From an uncultured bacterium (lineage in GTDB: Bacteria > Methylomirabilota > Methylomirabilia > Methylomirabilales > CSP1-5): a DNA stretch of 64,000 bases. Position numbers and translations under genes: made by a program. Below, piece after piece: positions 50,635 to 59,287 of this stretch (its first letter is position 1; every line of letters begins with the position of its first letter). The stretch is taken from NCBI GenBank assembly GCA_964558395.1, contig CAZLDS010000009.1, positions 6,494-70,493 on the forward strand. The letters run 5' to 3'. A model generated the notes under the pieces. It was not told the origin of the DNA, ran no database searches, and saw nothing but the letters and a program-made list of their open reading frames with translations.

Positions 50635-51276
50635 TCACGGGTCCTCCCGATTCCGTTGGGACTCCACTGGCTCATCGAGATCGGACGAACTAAAGCTAAT
50701 GAGAATCAGAATCGTGTACTCATCGTATCTGGCCTTTCCGACACCTATAGGGACCTTGCCTACAAACGTACCGATCCGGCCTTCAAAGGCATAGATCTCT
50801 ACTTCGACGCGGCCCCGGTTGCGCACCGATTTATACAGGGCGATCTCGGGGAATGGAACCCCGAATACGGGAATCGGAAAGGCGGGGATGCCGAACAGCG
50901 TCGATGATTGGTCAACGCCGAGGACGTACGCGAAGACCTTTAGCTTCAGGTCTGACTCCGTCTGATCGGAGACAACTTTAACTCCATGTTCTTCGAGCCA
51001 GGTCATCACGAATGCCTTTGCAAAGGCCCGATCATCCGTGAGTGCAAACAGCTCGAGGGTAACGCGGCGTCCAATGAATCGCTGAACCTCGAGCTGGGCG
51101 ACTGCCCGCTGCAGCGACCGGACCAGTAACTGCTGTTCAAGGCTGGACCGTGCGGTCGTGGTCGCACGCACCGAGCTGTAACAGCCCGCACTCAAAAGCC
51201 AGCAAGCGATGGACCCCACGAGCAGTAGACTTGGCCCGATCCCAGGGTTTCGCTTACTGCGTAACTTCGTGCGCAT
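50635..51276 (-). CDS. Putative lipoprotein (DUF6655-like, tentative), element cargo
   Basis: Basic N-terminus, hydrophobic core, lipobox LSAG-C; start uncertain. Confidence 0.65.
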   Translation of the reverse strand: MRTKLRSKRNPGIGPSLLLVGSIACWLLSAGCYSSVRATTTARSSLEQQLLVRSLQRAVAQLEVQRFIGRRVTLELFALTDDRAFAKAFVMTWLEEHGVKVVSDQTESDLKLKVFAYVLGVDQSSTLFGIPAFPIPVFGVPFPEIALYKSVRNRGRVEVEIYAFEGRIGTFVGKVPIGVGKARYDEYTILILISFSSSDLDEPVESQRNREDP

Positions 51277-51754
51277 CAGCCACTCGGTAGGCCTGAAAAG
51301 AAAGGTACCCGTTGCCGGTCGATGTGTGTAACTACAGTACCACACCCGATTATACCTCATCCCAACTCTCGGGATAGCCTCCTTTGGTTGTTGCCGGTGT
51401 TACGGGTTTCGCAGACGGCCCTGCTTCATGGAGGTACCGCGACAAACCGCCTGAGAAGTTGGTGCATTCGGTGAAGCAGTTCGGCAGGGTTTGCGTATTC
51501 CTTCTCAAGTAGTGCACTCCGTAATGGTGAATTCATTCGTCAGTTCCTTGAGGCCCCAGTCGGCCCATTTCATACGCTAAATTTTCTGATAGGATAAACC
51601 TTTCATTTGTCGAAACGCTTCAAATAGTTCACGGGCTGACACTGAATCATCCCCATTATAGTAAGCGAGAATTTCCGATAGTGTTCAAGGACTTGTTGTG
51701 GAGATAATCTGTCCTTAACCTTTTGGAAGTTCATCCATCATAATCCCGGCTCTG

Positions 51755-51952
51755 TTAAGCCGATTTTTCGATATAGTCTCGCAAGTCTTGCAGTCTGAAC
51801 CGTAATGTGCCGCCGACCTTGCCATAGGGAATTTTTTTGTCTCGCGTCAGGCGGCGCAGGGTGACCTCGCTACACTTGAGGAAATCCATTGCTTGGCGAA
51901 AGTCCAAGTATTCCCACCTCCAAGGAACCTCATAATTTTCCCTTTTGACCAT
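51755..51952 (-). CDS. Excisionase-like helix-turn-helix protein
   Basis: YLDFRQAMDFLKCSEVTLRRL...IPYGKVGGTLRF..QDLRDYI; strong RBS. Confidence 0.88.
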   Translation of the reverse strand: MVKRENYEVPWRWEYLDFRQAMDFLKCSEVTLRRLTRDKKIPYGKVGGTLRFRLQDLRDYIEKSA

Positions 51953-52205
51953 GCTTCCTCACCTCCCCCCAAAAGAGAACGGGGGGCCAACAGCCTGTGT
52001 AAGGCATCGGCCCCCCGTTCAAAAGGCACTTATTAAGTTTCAAAGATCATACCCCAAGCGACATCGCCGTGTGTCTGAAAAGACGAGAGCCGCCACAATT
52101 TCAACACCTTGTGACGGCTCCCTAAATGGCTACTAAGAGAATTTGGACTTCCTTCCCTTTAGTTGACTTCCCTCGCTAGGTACGATATAGACTGACTCTT
52201 GCTGC

Positions 52206-52283
52206 GGGGCCGTAGTGTAGCCTGGTTAACACGCCGGCCTGTCAAGCCGGAGATCGCGGGTTCAAGTCCCGTCGGCCCCGCCA
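52206..52283 (+). tRNA. tRNA-Asp (GUC)
   Basis: GGGGCCG/CGGCCCC acceptor stem, CCGGC-CTGTCAA-GCCGG, GGTTCAAGTCC, CCA. Confidence 0.97.
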
Positions 52284-52371
52284 CCCAACGCCTGACACCT
52301 GGGTTACCACCTGTCTTTCAATCCGAAATCCCCAATCCGCAATCGGAATTCTCGGAGCTCGGACTTTCAAA

Positions 52372-53247
52372 TTAGTACGACATGGCGAAGCCGGCGGTGA
52401 CGACGCCTGTAAAGTTGTCACCCGCGTTGATCGCTTTCGTGCTGTTCCCGAGGAAAAAGAAGTCCCCCTTCACATAGGCCTCCCACGAGCCGTAGTCGGC
52501 CGGGATAAAAGCCAGAGGCACGCTCGCCTTGATGCCGAGGTCAAAGTAGCCGAACGTGGAATCCTCACCGGTGTTGGGGTTTTCATAGTAATCCCCGAGG
52601 CTTAAACCCAGTGTCAGTGGGAGAGAGAGTGTCACCGGGTATTTCTCGCCCTCAAACACGGTGTAGCTCGGCTCGAGGTCCAGCTGAAAGTACGTCCCGA
52701 GGTCGGGTCCAGTCGCCCCGGCACCCTGGATCTCGAACGCGACCAGGATGTGAGGTGACATGGCAAAGGGCCCCAGCAGGTCGCTATCATCATAGCTGAG
52801 CCCAAACGCGATCTCCTGTGTTGAGCCGAAGGAATCGTTGGGGCTGGTGTAGAGGGTATAGACCGTATCTAGGCTAAAATCTTCAAACAACCCGAAATTC
52901 AGCCCGGCGATAAAGTCGAACTCGTACCACGCCGTCGGATCGGCCGTCCCGGGTGATACCGACTGGATGCTGTTCCAGATCCCCAGCGTCGCACCCGCGC
53001 TCGTGAGTCCACTCGAGCCTTCATACAGGTTAAAGTTGACATCGGCCCACGGCTGGCCAATGAAGCCGTTTTTCGACTGCAGGAGCCCGCGGAAGAAATA
53101 CGCGCTGGTGAAATCCATCCCGGCGTCGAACGAGACCTTGCCCGTGTTGGGTTCCTCGGCTGCGATTGCCGGCGTGCCGCATAAGAGAGTGGCCATCGCC
53201 AGCGCGCTGGCCACGAGAGCTATCCGTCCCCGCGTTTCTTGTCCCAT
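52372..53247 (-). CDS. Outer-membrane beta-barrel/porin-like protein (TorF-like, tentative)
   Basis: Signal peptide ending AIA-AEE; SAYFFRG motif; alternating aromatic/Gly strands; C-terminal Tyr; AGGAGG RBS. Confidence 0.75.
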   Translation of the reverse strand: MGQETRGRIALVASALAMATLLCGTPAIAAEEPNTGKVSFDAGMDFTSAYFFRGLLQSKNGFIGQPWADVNFNLYEGSSGLTSAGATLGIWNSIQSVSPGTADPTAWYEFDFIAGLNFGLFEDFSLDTVYTLYTSPNDSFGSTQEIAFGLSYDDSDLLGPFAMSPHILVAFEIQGAGATGPDLGTYFQLDLEPSYTVFEGEKYPVTLSLPLTLGLSLGDYYENPNTGEDSTFGYFDLGIKASVPLAFIPADYGSWEAYVKGDFFFLGNSTKAINAGDNFTGVVTAGFAMSY

Positions 53248-53289
53248 CTGGCTACCTCCTTTTCTTACGGGTGGCGACGTTCTACGTAG

Positions 53290-53357
53290 AGAAAAAGAAA
53301 AGGGCGCCTCGTATCTGAGGCGCCCTTGCCTCCCCTTCCCCCTGCGCCGTTGCAGGG
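53290..53357 (-). promoter_or_regulatory. ANTAR-target RNA element (twin hexaloop hairpins overlapping an intrinsic terminator)
   Basis: P1 CCCUGC-AACGGC-GCAGGG; P2 GAGGC-AAGGGC-GCCUC (A1/G4 loops); P2 overlaps terminator AAGGGCGCCUC-agauac-GAGGCGCCCUU-UUCUUUUU. Confidence 0.9.
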
Positions 53358-53376
53358 GCGGTGCCTTACTCTGCGG

Positions 53377-53991
53377 TCAACGCTCCGCTCGCGCGGGCTT
53401 CGCAGCCGTCGAAACGTCCGCGACGGCTTCGGCAACCAGAATGGCCTCGGCAATCTGCTGCATGGGGGTCCGGGTCTTCATGCTTTGCCGTTGGATGGAG
53501 TGAAAGGCCTCCGCTTCGGTGATCCCCTGCCGGGCCATGAGCAGCCCTTTGGCCCGTTCGATCTTCTTGCGGGCCTCGAGGGCTGTTCGCATATGCTGGT
53601 TATCCTTCCAGAGCGCCATGAACTCCCGGAACCTGGCGATGGCCAACTCGATGGCTGGCTGCAGCTCTTGTCCACGCACCGGCTTGACCAGGCAGGCCAT
53701 CACGCCTGCCTGGGTGGCCTGGCGGATCATCGTGGCGTCGAGCTGGCGGGCCAGGAGGATGACGGGGGTCGGGGCCTGCTTCAAGATATGCGTTGCCGCG
53801 GCCATTCCGTTCGCTCCCTCCAAGTCCGCCGCCAGAAAGAGCAAGTCCGGTTGGAGCGTCTGGACGAGCTGCAATCCCTCGTCGATATCCCTCGCCTCCC
53901 CAACCACCGCGTAACCCAGCTCCCTCAGCGTCTCCTTGAGGAAGGTCCGCGCATACGCGCTGTCCTCGATGAGCAGCAGGCGATAGGACAC
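53377..53991 (-). CDS. Pseudo-receiver/ANTAR antitermination regulator
   Basis: ANTAR motif RKKIERAKGLLM..QGITEAEAF..IQRQSM; receiver fold LLLIED...PDLLFLAA...LVKP with the phospho-Asp replaced by Ala. Confidence 0.93.
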   Translation of the reverse strand: MSYRLLLIEDSAYARTFLKETLRELGYAVVGEARDIDEGLQLVQTLQPDLLFLAADLEGANGMAAATHILKQAPTPVILLARQLDATMIRQATQAGVMACLVKPVRGQELQPAIELAIARFREFMALWKDNQHMRTALEARKKIERAKGLLMARQGITEAEAFHSIQRQSMKTRTPMQQIAEAILVAEAVADVSTAAKPARAER

Positions 53992-53995
53992 GGTC

Positions 53996-55612
53996 TTACT
54001 TCCCCGAACCCTTGGCTGGCGCCGGGGGGGGGTGGGTCGCTTCCTGGGCCCCAGGGATCTGACCCGCCACCTTCTTGAGGATTCCTTCCGGATCCATCTT
54101 GGCGAAGTCGAGGAACTCTCTGAGGAGGGGGAGCGCTGCCCCGGCACTGAGGAAGGCATTCACCACCCGACCGATGCCGGATCCATCCTGGCCTGGTCCC
54201 TCGCCGTTCCCTCCACCCCAGCCGTGCACGTCCAACACCTTGATGCTGTCGATCTGTCGGGCCGGCGCCATCATCTCGCCTAGCATCTGCGGAGCCTGGT
54301 CGATAAAGCGCAGCAGGACATCCCGCTGAATGACTTTCTCTTCCAGGTTGTTCTCGCTCTGCACCATTTTGAGGCGGGCGGCTGCGTCCGCCTCTCCCTC
54401 CCGCTGCTTGGAGAGGGCCAGCCGTTCAATGGCGCGTGCCTTTTGCTCGGCGACCTCGTGTTCCCGGAGGGCCTGGATGAGGGCGATCGCCTTCTGTCGC
54501 TCGGCCGCCGCTCGCTCCGCCACCGTGATCACCTCCTGGGCCGCCTGCTCCTTGCTGGCGTCGGCCTCCAAGCGGCGCTTTTCCTCTTCGATCCGCTGCC
54601 GCTCCTTAACCAGAATCGCGATTTCTTTGGCGCGCTTGGTCTCCTCGACCACGCGCTCCTTGTCGATCTCGGCGGTCTCTCGAAGCTCCGTCTGTTGCAT
54701 CAGATAGGCCTCACGGCGGATCTCTGCCTCGCGGATCGTTTTTTCCTGGGCGATCTCTGCCTCGCGGACTGCCCGCTGCTTGGCGATCTCCGCCTCTCGA
54801 GACCGTCGCTCCTGCTCGTACCGGTACTCTTCCGTATCGGCTTTTTGCAGAGCCCGGTTCGTCTCCACCTGGCGAATCTGCTCGGCCTCGGCGAATTCCC
54901 GGTCCTGGTCGAGCGACAGCTTGAGCTTGACCGCCTCCACGTCTTTCCGCTTGATGGCCACCTCGGTGTTCCGTTCAATCTCGTTCCGCTCCCGGTTGCG
55001 TTGCGAGACCTGGGCGGAAATCTGGCGGAGGCCCTCCGCGTCAAAGATGTTGTTGGGATCGAGCTGAGCGCGGTCGGTCTGGTCGAGGTGAAAGAGCGAG
55101 ACATCCTCGAGGCCGAGCCCGTTGAGCATCAACGGTTCCTGCAGGTCCCCCATGACGGCCAGGGCGAACCCACGGCGGTTCTCGTGCATCTGTTCCATCT
55201 CCATCCGCGCTGCCGCCGATCGCAGTGCCGACACCAACTTCTCCTCCACCAGTGACTGGATCCCCTCGGCGCTGAAGGACTTATCCCCCAAGCTGCGGGA
55301 GGCCCGTTCGATGCTCTCGGCGTCGGCGGTGATCTTCACGTAGAACTCGGTCCCGATGTCGACCCGCAGCCGGTCCTTGGTGATAAAGGCCTCCTTCTTC
55401 GCCTTGAAGACTTGAAGCTTGAACGTCTCGAGGGAGATCCACTGAATGCTTTGGACCCAGGGGAGCACCACGGCACCGCCGTCGATGACCACCTTCTTGC
55501 CGCCCAAGCCGGTCCGGATGAAGGCCATATTGACCGGCGTCTTCACGTACCAGGCGGTGAACGCCGCGATGGCAATCCCTGCTAGGATTAAAAGTAAAAT
55601 AATCCATCCCAT
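53996..55612 (-). CDS. Flotillin (SPFH/band-7 family) protein
   Basis: N-terminal TM, AFIRTGLGG, ITKDRLRVD, NNIFDAEG, EA-rich coiled coil, IDSIKV. Confidence 0.93.
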   Translation of the reverse strand: MGWIILLLILAGIAIAAFTAWYVKTPVNMAFIRTGLGGKKVVIDGGAVVLPWVQSIQWISLETFKLQVFKAKKEAFITKDRLRVDIGTEFYVKITADAESIERASRSLGDKSFSAEGIQSLVEEKLVSALRSAAARMEMEQMHENRRGFALAVMGDLQEPLMLNGLGLEDVSLFHLDQTDRAQLDPNNIFDAEGLRQISAQVSQRNRERNEIERNTEVAIKRKDVEAVKLKLSLDQDREFAEAEQIRQVETNRALQKADTEEYRYEQERRSREAEIAKQRAVREAEIAQEKTIREAEIRREAYLMQQTELRETAEIDKERVVEETKRAKEIAILVKERQRIEEEKRRLEADASKEQAAQEVITVAERAAAERQKAIALIQALREHEVAEQKARAIERLALSKQREGEADAAARLKMVQSENNLEEKVIQRDVLLRFIDQAPQMLGEMMAPARQIDSIKVLDVHGWGGGNGEGPGQDGSGIGRVVNAFLSAGAALPLLREFLDFAKMDPEGILKKVAGQIPGAQEATHPPPAPAKGSGK

Positions 55613-55642
55613 TGTCGCTCCTCCTCGCTTTCCCCCTCGGGA

Positions 55643-57505
55643 TCAGCGCTCCGCCGTGACCACGGCCTCTTCGATGCCGTACATGTACAGCAGGTTCTCC
55701 ACCGTTTCCCGGAACTGGTCCGGGTTCCCCTTCTTGAAAGAGAAGGAATCGTCGCTAAAACGTGGGGTGTGTTCATACATCTCATTAAAGTCCCGAGGCG
55801 TGTTGGGATAGTCGTGACAGAGGCGCTGCCACATGTCCCGCAAAACTCGCCTGTCCACGCCCCGCACCACGATGCGGAACGGCTGTTCCTTGGTGGCCGG
55901 CCCCGCCGTAGCGACGGGAGCGGCAGCCGCCCGGAACGGCTCGGCCCGGCCGGCACCAGGTGGCGTGCGGGACACGCCAGGACGGGGTGGGATCCGCGTC
56001 CCTCCTCCGGCGGGGATGAAAGCCGCGGCAGGACGGCGCGTGACCTCTTCCGGTGCGGGCTCGGGCTTCCTTCCCCCGGGAGCTGCGGCCATCCCAGGCG
56101 CAGTGGCGCCCAGTCGCATGCGGCCTGAGGACGCGATCTGGAAGTCGGGATACGCTAACAATCCGTGCTCGTTAATGTCCAGACCCTCCATCTCCTCCTC
56201 GGCGGGAACCCGAATGCCCAGGAGGCCCTTGAGGAGTCCCCAGCCGACAAGAGAAGCCGGGAAGATGAACGCGCCCACTGCGAGCACCCCGATCAACTGT
56301 GCTTGGAAGAGCCCCGACCCGCCGCCAAAGAAGAGTCCGTTGCCGGTGGTACCGGGGCTAAATACGTCCTGGGCGAACAGGCCGACCGCGATGGTGCCCC
56401 AGGCGCCGCAGGTCAGGTGAGCGGAAACCGCCCCAACCGGGTCGTCCAGCCTGATGCGATCGAAAAACAGCACCGAGAGGACCACGAGGATCCCAGCCAC
56501 AAGGCCAATCGCCAGCGAGCTCCCCAGGCTGACAAAGGCACAGGGGGCCGTGATGGCGACCAGGCCGGCCACGCCGCCGTTCAGCCCCATCGTCAGATCC
56601 GGCTTGCCCAAGAGGACCCACGCTGTGAAGGTGGCGGCAATCACCCCCGCGGCCGCGGCGGTGTTTGTGGTGGCGGCGATGTGGCCGATAGCCCCCGCAT
56701 CCGCCGCCATGGTACTGCCCGGGTTAAACCCGAACCACCCGAACCACAGTATAAAGACGCCCAGTGTGGCCGAGGTGAGGCTGTGGCCGGGAATCGGGTT
56801 GATGCGCCCATCCTTTGTAAATTTGCCGATGCGGGGCCCCAGCATGATGGCCCCAGCAAGTGCCGCCCACCCGCCGACCGAGTGGACCACGGTCGAGCCG
56901 GCAAAGTCCCACATCCCGCGTTCGGCAAGCCAACCGCCCCCCCAGATCCAGTGGCCCGTGATCGGATAGAGCAGGCCTGCCATGAGAAAGGAAAAGAGGA
57001 AGAAGCTACTGAACTTGATCCGCTCGGCGACGGCTCCCGAGACGATCGTCGCCGCGGTACCGGCAAAGACCATCTGGAAAAGGAATTTCGCTTCCAAGGG
57101 CACGCCGGTCCAGCTAATGGCGCTATAGACGCCTTGGTAGGCATCTCCGGTGGCCGGGCTGTTGTCCGCGCCGCTCAGAAACCACAGTCCTTTCAGGCCC
57201 ATAAACCACGAGCCGTCTCCAAACATGATGCCCCAGCCCACGACCAGAAAGCCGATGGCTGTGATGGCGTACACCACAAAATTCTTCGCGAGAATATTGA
57301 CGGTGTTCTTGGCGCGGGAAAAACCCGACTCGAGCAGGGCGAACCCCGCGGCCATGAACATGACGAGAAAAGCGGTGAGCAGGGTCCACACGGTGTCAAT
57401 GGCCACCTTGGATGCGGCCTCTTCGGCGGCAAAGGCGACCCCTGGGAGAAGAATCATCTTGCATGCTACCAGTCCAACGGTGCGTGCCCCTTTCCTCCAA
57501 GTCAC
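55643..57505 (-). CDS. amtB: Ammonium transporter (Amt) with about 165-aa C-terminal extension
   Basis: MAAGFALLESG, SGAVAER, DFAGSTVVH, WFGWFGFN, DDPVGAVSAH, EGLDINEHG..AYP; start GTG 57505 with GGGAGG RBS. Confidence 0.95.
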   Translation of the reverse strand: MTWRKGARTVGLVACKMILLPGVAFAAEEAASKVAIDTVWTLLTAFLVMFMAAGFALLESGFSRAKNTVNILAKNFVVYAITAIGFLVVGWGIMFGDGSWFMGLKGLWFLSGADNSPATGDAYQGVYSAISWTGVPLEAKFLFQMVFAGTAATIVSGAVAERIKFSSFFLFSFLMAGLLYPITGHWIWGGGWLAERGMWDFAGSTVVHSVGGWAALAGAIMLGPRIGKFTKDGRINPIPGHSLTSATLGVFILWFGWFGFNPGSTMAADAGAIGHIAATTNTAAAAGVIAATFTAWVLLGKPDLTMGLNGGVAGLVAITAPCAFVSLGSSLAIGLVAGILVVLSVLFFDRIRLDDPVGAVSAHLTCGAWGTIAVGLFAQDVFSPGTTGNGLFFGGGSGLFQAQLIGVLAVGAFIFPASLVGWGLLKGLLGIRVPAEEEMEGLDINEHGLLAYPDFQIASSGRMRLGATAPGMAAAPGGRKPEPAPEEVTRRPAAAFIPAGGGTRIPPRPGVSRTPPGAGRAEPFRAAAAPVATAGPATKEQPFRIVVRGVDRRVLRDMWQRLCHDYPNTPRDFNEMYEHTPRFSDDSFSFKKGNPDQFRETVENLLYMYGIEEAVVTAER

Positions 57506-57590
57506 GTTTTGTCCCTCCCTTCCGAGACGTCTTTGGGGGAAAATACAGGTCTCCAGCTGTCGCGTTTTACCAAGGATTTGTAAATGGATG

Positions 57591-57741
57591 AGCATGCAGC
57601 ATGCCAGTCGAGGTACGGAATCGTAACCCGCTGACAATGCAGGGAAAGTTGACCAAAGGGGGGGAGCACGATGGGAGGTTCATCGCTTAAAAAGAGGGCA
57701 GAAAGTTGGCCTCTGGGCGCGGGCTGCTTACGGCATAAGCA
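57591..57741 (-). promoter_or_regulatory. Sigma54 promoter of the amt operon with NtrC-like upstream sites
   Basis: TGGCATGCTGCATGCT (57606 to 57591, GG-N10-GC); palindrome TGCTTA-N5-TAAGCA (57725-57741); CGC-N11-GCA (57684-57700). Confidence 0.7.
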
Positions 57742-57802
57742 ATTTAGCCGGTTTGCCTTGACAGGGCAGGCGCTGAGGGATATAGGCTGTCAACTATCGC
57801 CA

Positions 57803-57890
57803 GATTTCGGATTGCGAATTTCGAATTTCGGATTGAAAGGCAAGCGTATGTTTGGAAAATCCGAAATCCGCAATCCCAAATTCGAAATAT
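57803..57890. repeat. Inverted pair of heptamer tandem-repeat arrays
   Basis: ATTTCGG-ATTGCGA-ATTTCGA-ATTTCGG facing AATCCGA-AATCCGC-AATCCCA-AATTCGA. Confidence 0.75.
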
Positions 57891-57916
57891 CCCCGTTCAT
57901 CGGATAGGGGGATGCA

Positions 57917-59287
57917 TTGACCCAGGAGAAGGTCCTCGCGGAAACAGAGATCCGAAGAGAGGTCCTCCGCCTGGCACTGCCCGTCGCCGTTGCCAACCTC
58001 CTCCACCGAATGGTGACTGCGGTGGATGTCTTTCTGGTCGGCGGACTCGGCGCGCCGGCCCTGGCGGCGGTCGGGCTCGGCCAGCTGCTAATCTTCATCA
58101 GCTTGACCATCGTGTGGGGGATCAGCACGGGAACCATGGTCACCGTCGCTCAGCATTGGGGAGCGGCCCGGCGGGTGGACGCTGGACGCATAGCCGTGCA
58201 CGGCCTCCTCGCAACGCTCGTCTTCACGATCCCACTGGCGCTGATCGGCATAATCTTCGCCGCGGACGCCGCGCGATTCCTGGGGGCGTCGGCCGCGGTA
58301 CAGATCCTGGTGACCGAGTACTGCCAATGGGTCTTTCTGGCGTTCCCCGTCACCGGCTTCGCGTATGTCCTCATCGCCACGATGCAAGCGGCCGGTGATA
58401 CACGAACGCCGATGTGGATTGTCCTGATCCTGAACCTGGTGCACATCGGCCTGGCCGTTCCCTTGATCTACGGATATCTGGGTCTCCCCAGCCTTGGGGT
58501 TCAAGGGGCCGCGATCGCGGTCGCATGCGCCGAGATCGTGGGGGTCGGGCTCCTGTGGTGGCAGGGATGGGCCAAAGGGTATCTGGCCAAAGGGAGGTGG
58601 GATACGACCTGTATGCGCCCTATCGTCAGGGTGGGCTGGCCCGTTGCGATTGATCGGATGGTATGGCAGGCGGGGCAGGTGGTCTATTCCAAGATCCTCC
58701 TCATCTACGGGACCGCGGCGTTCGCCACACACCATTTGGGAGTGAACATCGAATCGCTCTCCTTTATGCCGGGGTTGGCGCTGGGCGTGGGGGCCGCGAC
58801 CTTCGTCGGGCAAAGCGTGGGGGCCGGGGATTTCCTCCGCGCCCGCATGGGGATGGCGGAGACCAACCGGTTGGGGATGATGTTCATGGGCGCCATGGGT
58901 GTCCTCTTTTTCCTCTGTGCAGAGCCCCTGATCCGTCTGTTTACGACAGACCCGGCATTGATCCGCCTTGGCGGCATCTTTCTGCGGATTGCTGCCGTGA
59001 GTCAGATCCCCCTCGCAGTGACGCTCGTGCTTCAGGGAGCGCTCCGGGGGGCAGGAGATACTCCGTATATCCTGCGGGTGACGACTCTCGGCATCTGGGG
59101 GGTTCGGGTCCCTGTCGCCGCGGCCGCGGCGTGGATGGGCCTCAGTGTCGCCTATGTCTGGTGGGCTTTCCTCCTAGACTGGCTGGTCCGCATGGTCGTC
59201 CTGCAGCGGCGTTGTCGTTCCACGCAGTGGGAGAGAAAACACGCAGAGATCGTTCCGATCGCCCCCAGTCCGATCGATGGCGATTGA
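57917..59287 (+). CDS. MATE-family efflux transporter
   Basis: LRLALP, LAAVG, AAGDTRTP, LGVQGAAIA, GALRGAGDT; about 12 TM. Confidence 0.94.
   Translation: MTQEKVLAETEIRREVLRLALPVAVANLLHRMVTAVDVFLVGGLGAPALAAVGLGQLLIFISLTIVWGISTGTMVTVAQHWGAARRVDAGRIAVHGLLATLVFTIPLALIGIIFAADAARFLGASAAVQILVTEYCQWVFLAFPVTGFAYVLIATMQAAGDTRTPMWIVLILNLVHIGLAVPLIYGYLGLPSLGVQGAAIAVACAEIVGVGLLWWQGWAKGYLAKGRWDTTCMRPIVRVGWPVAIDRMVWQAGQVVYSKILLIYGTAAFATHHLGVNIESLSFMPGLALGVGAATFVGQSVGAGDFLRARMGMAETNRLGMMFMGAMGVLFFLCAEPLIRLFTTDPALIRLGGIFLRIAAVSQIPLAVTLVLQGALRGAGDTPYILRVTTLGIWGVRVPVAAAAAWMGLSVAYVWWAFLLDWLVRMVVLQRRCRSTQWERKHAEIVPIAPSPIDGD

Larger units (their letters stand above)
50168..52162. mobile_element. About 2-kb decayed integrative element flanked by a 26-bp direct repeat
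   Basis: GAGAATTTGGACTTCCTTCCCTTTAG at 50168-50193 and 52137-52162; lower GC; integrase remnant and excisionase-like HTH inside. Confidence 0.9.

Noticed and set aside
52206-52283. tRNA-Asp as the att site of the adjacent element
   Set aside because: No tRNA fragment is duplicated; the direct repeat lies in the treT 3' end
56165-57583. Long antisense ORFs (also 11216-12532, 35580-37040, 5587-6657 and others)
   Set aside because: They are shadow frames opposite well-supported genes in GC-rich DNA, with no motifs
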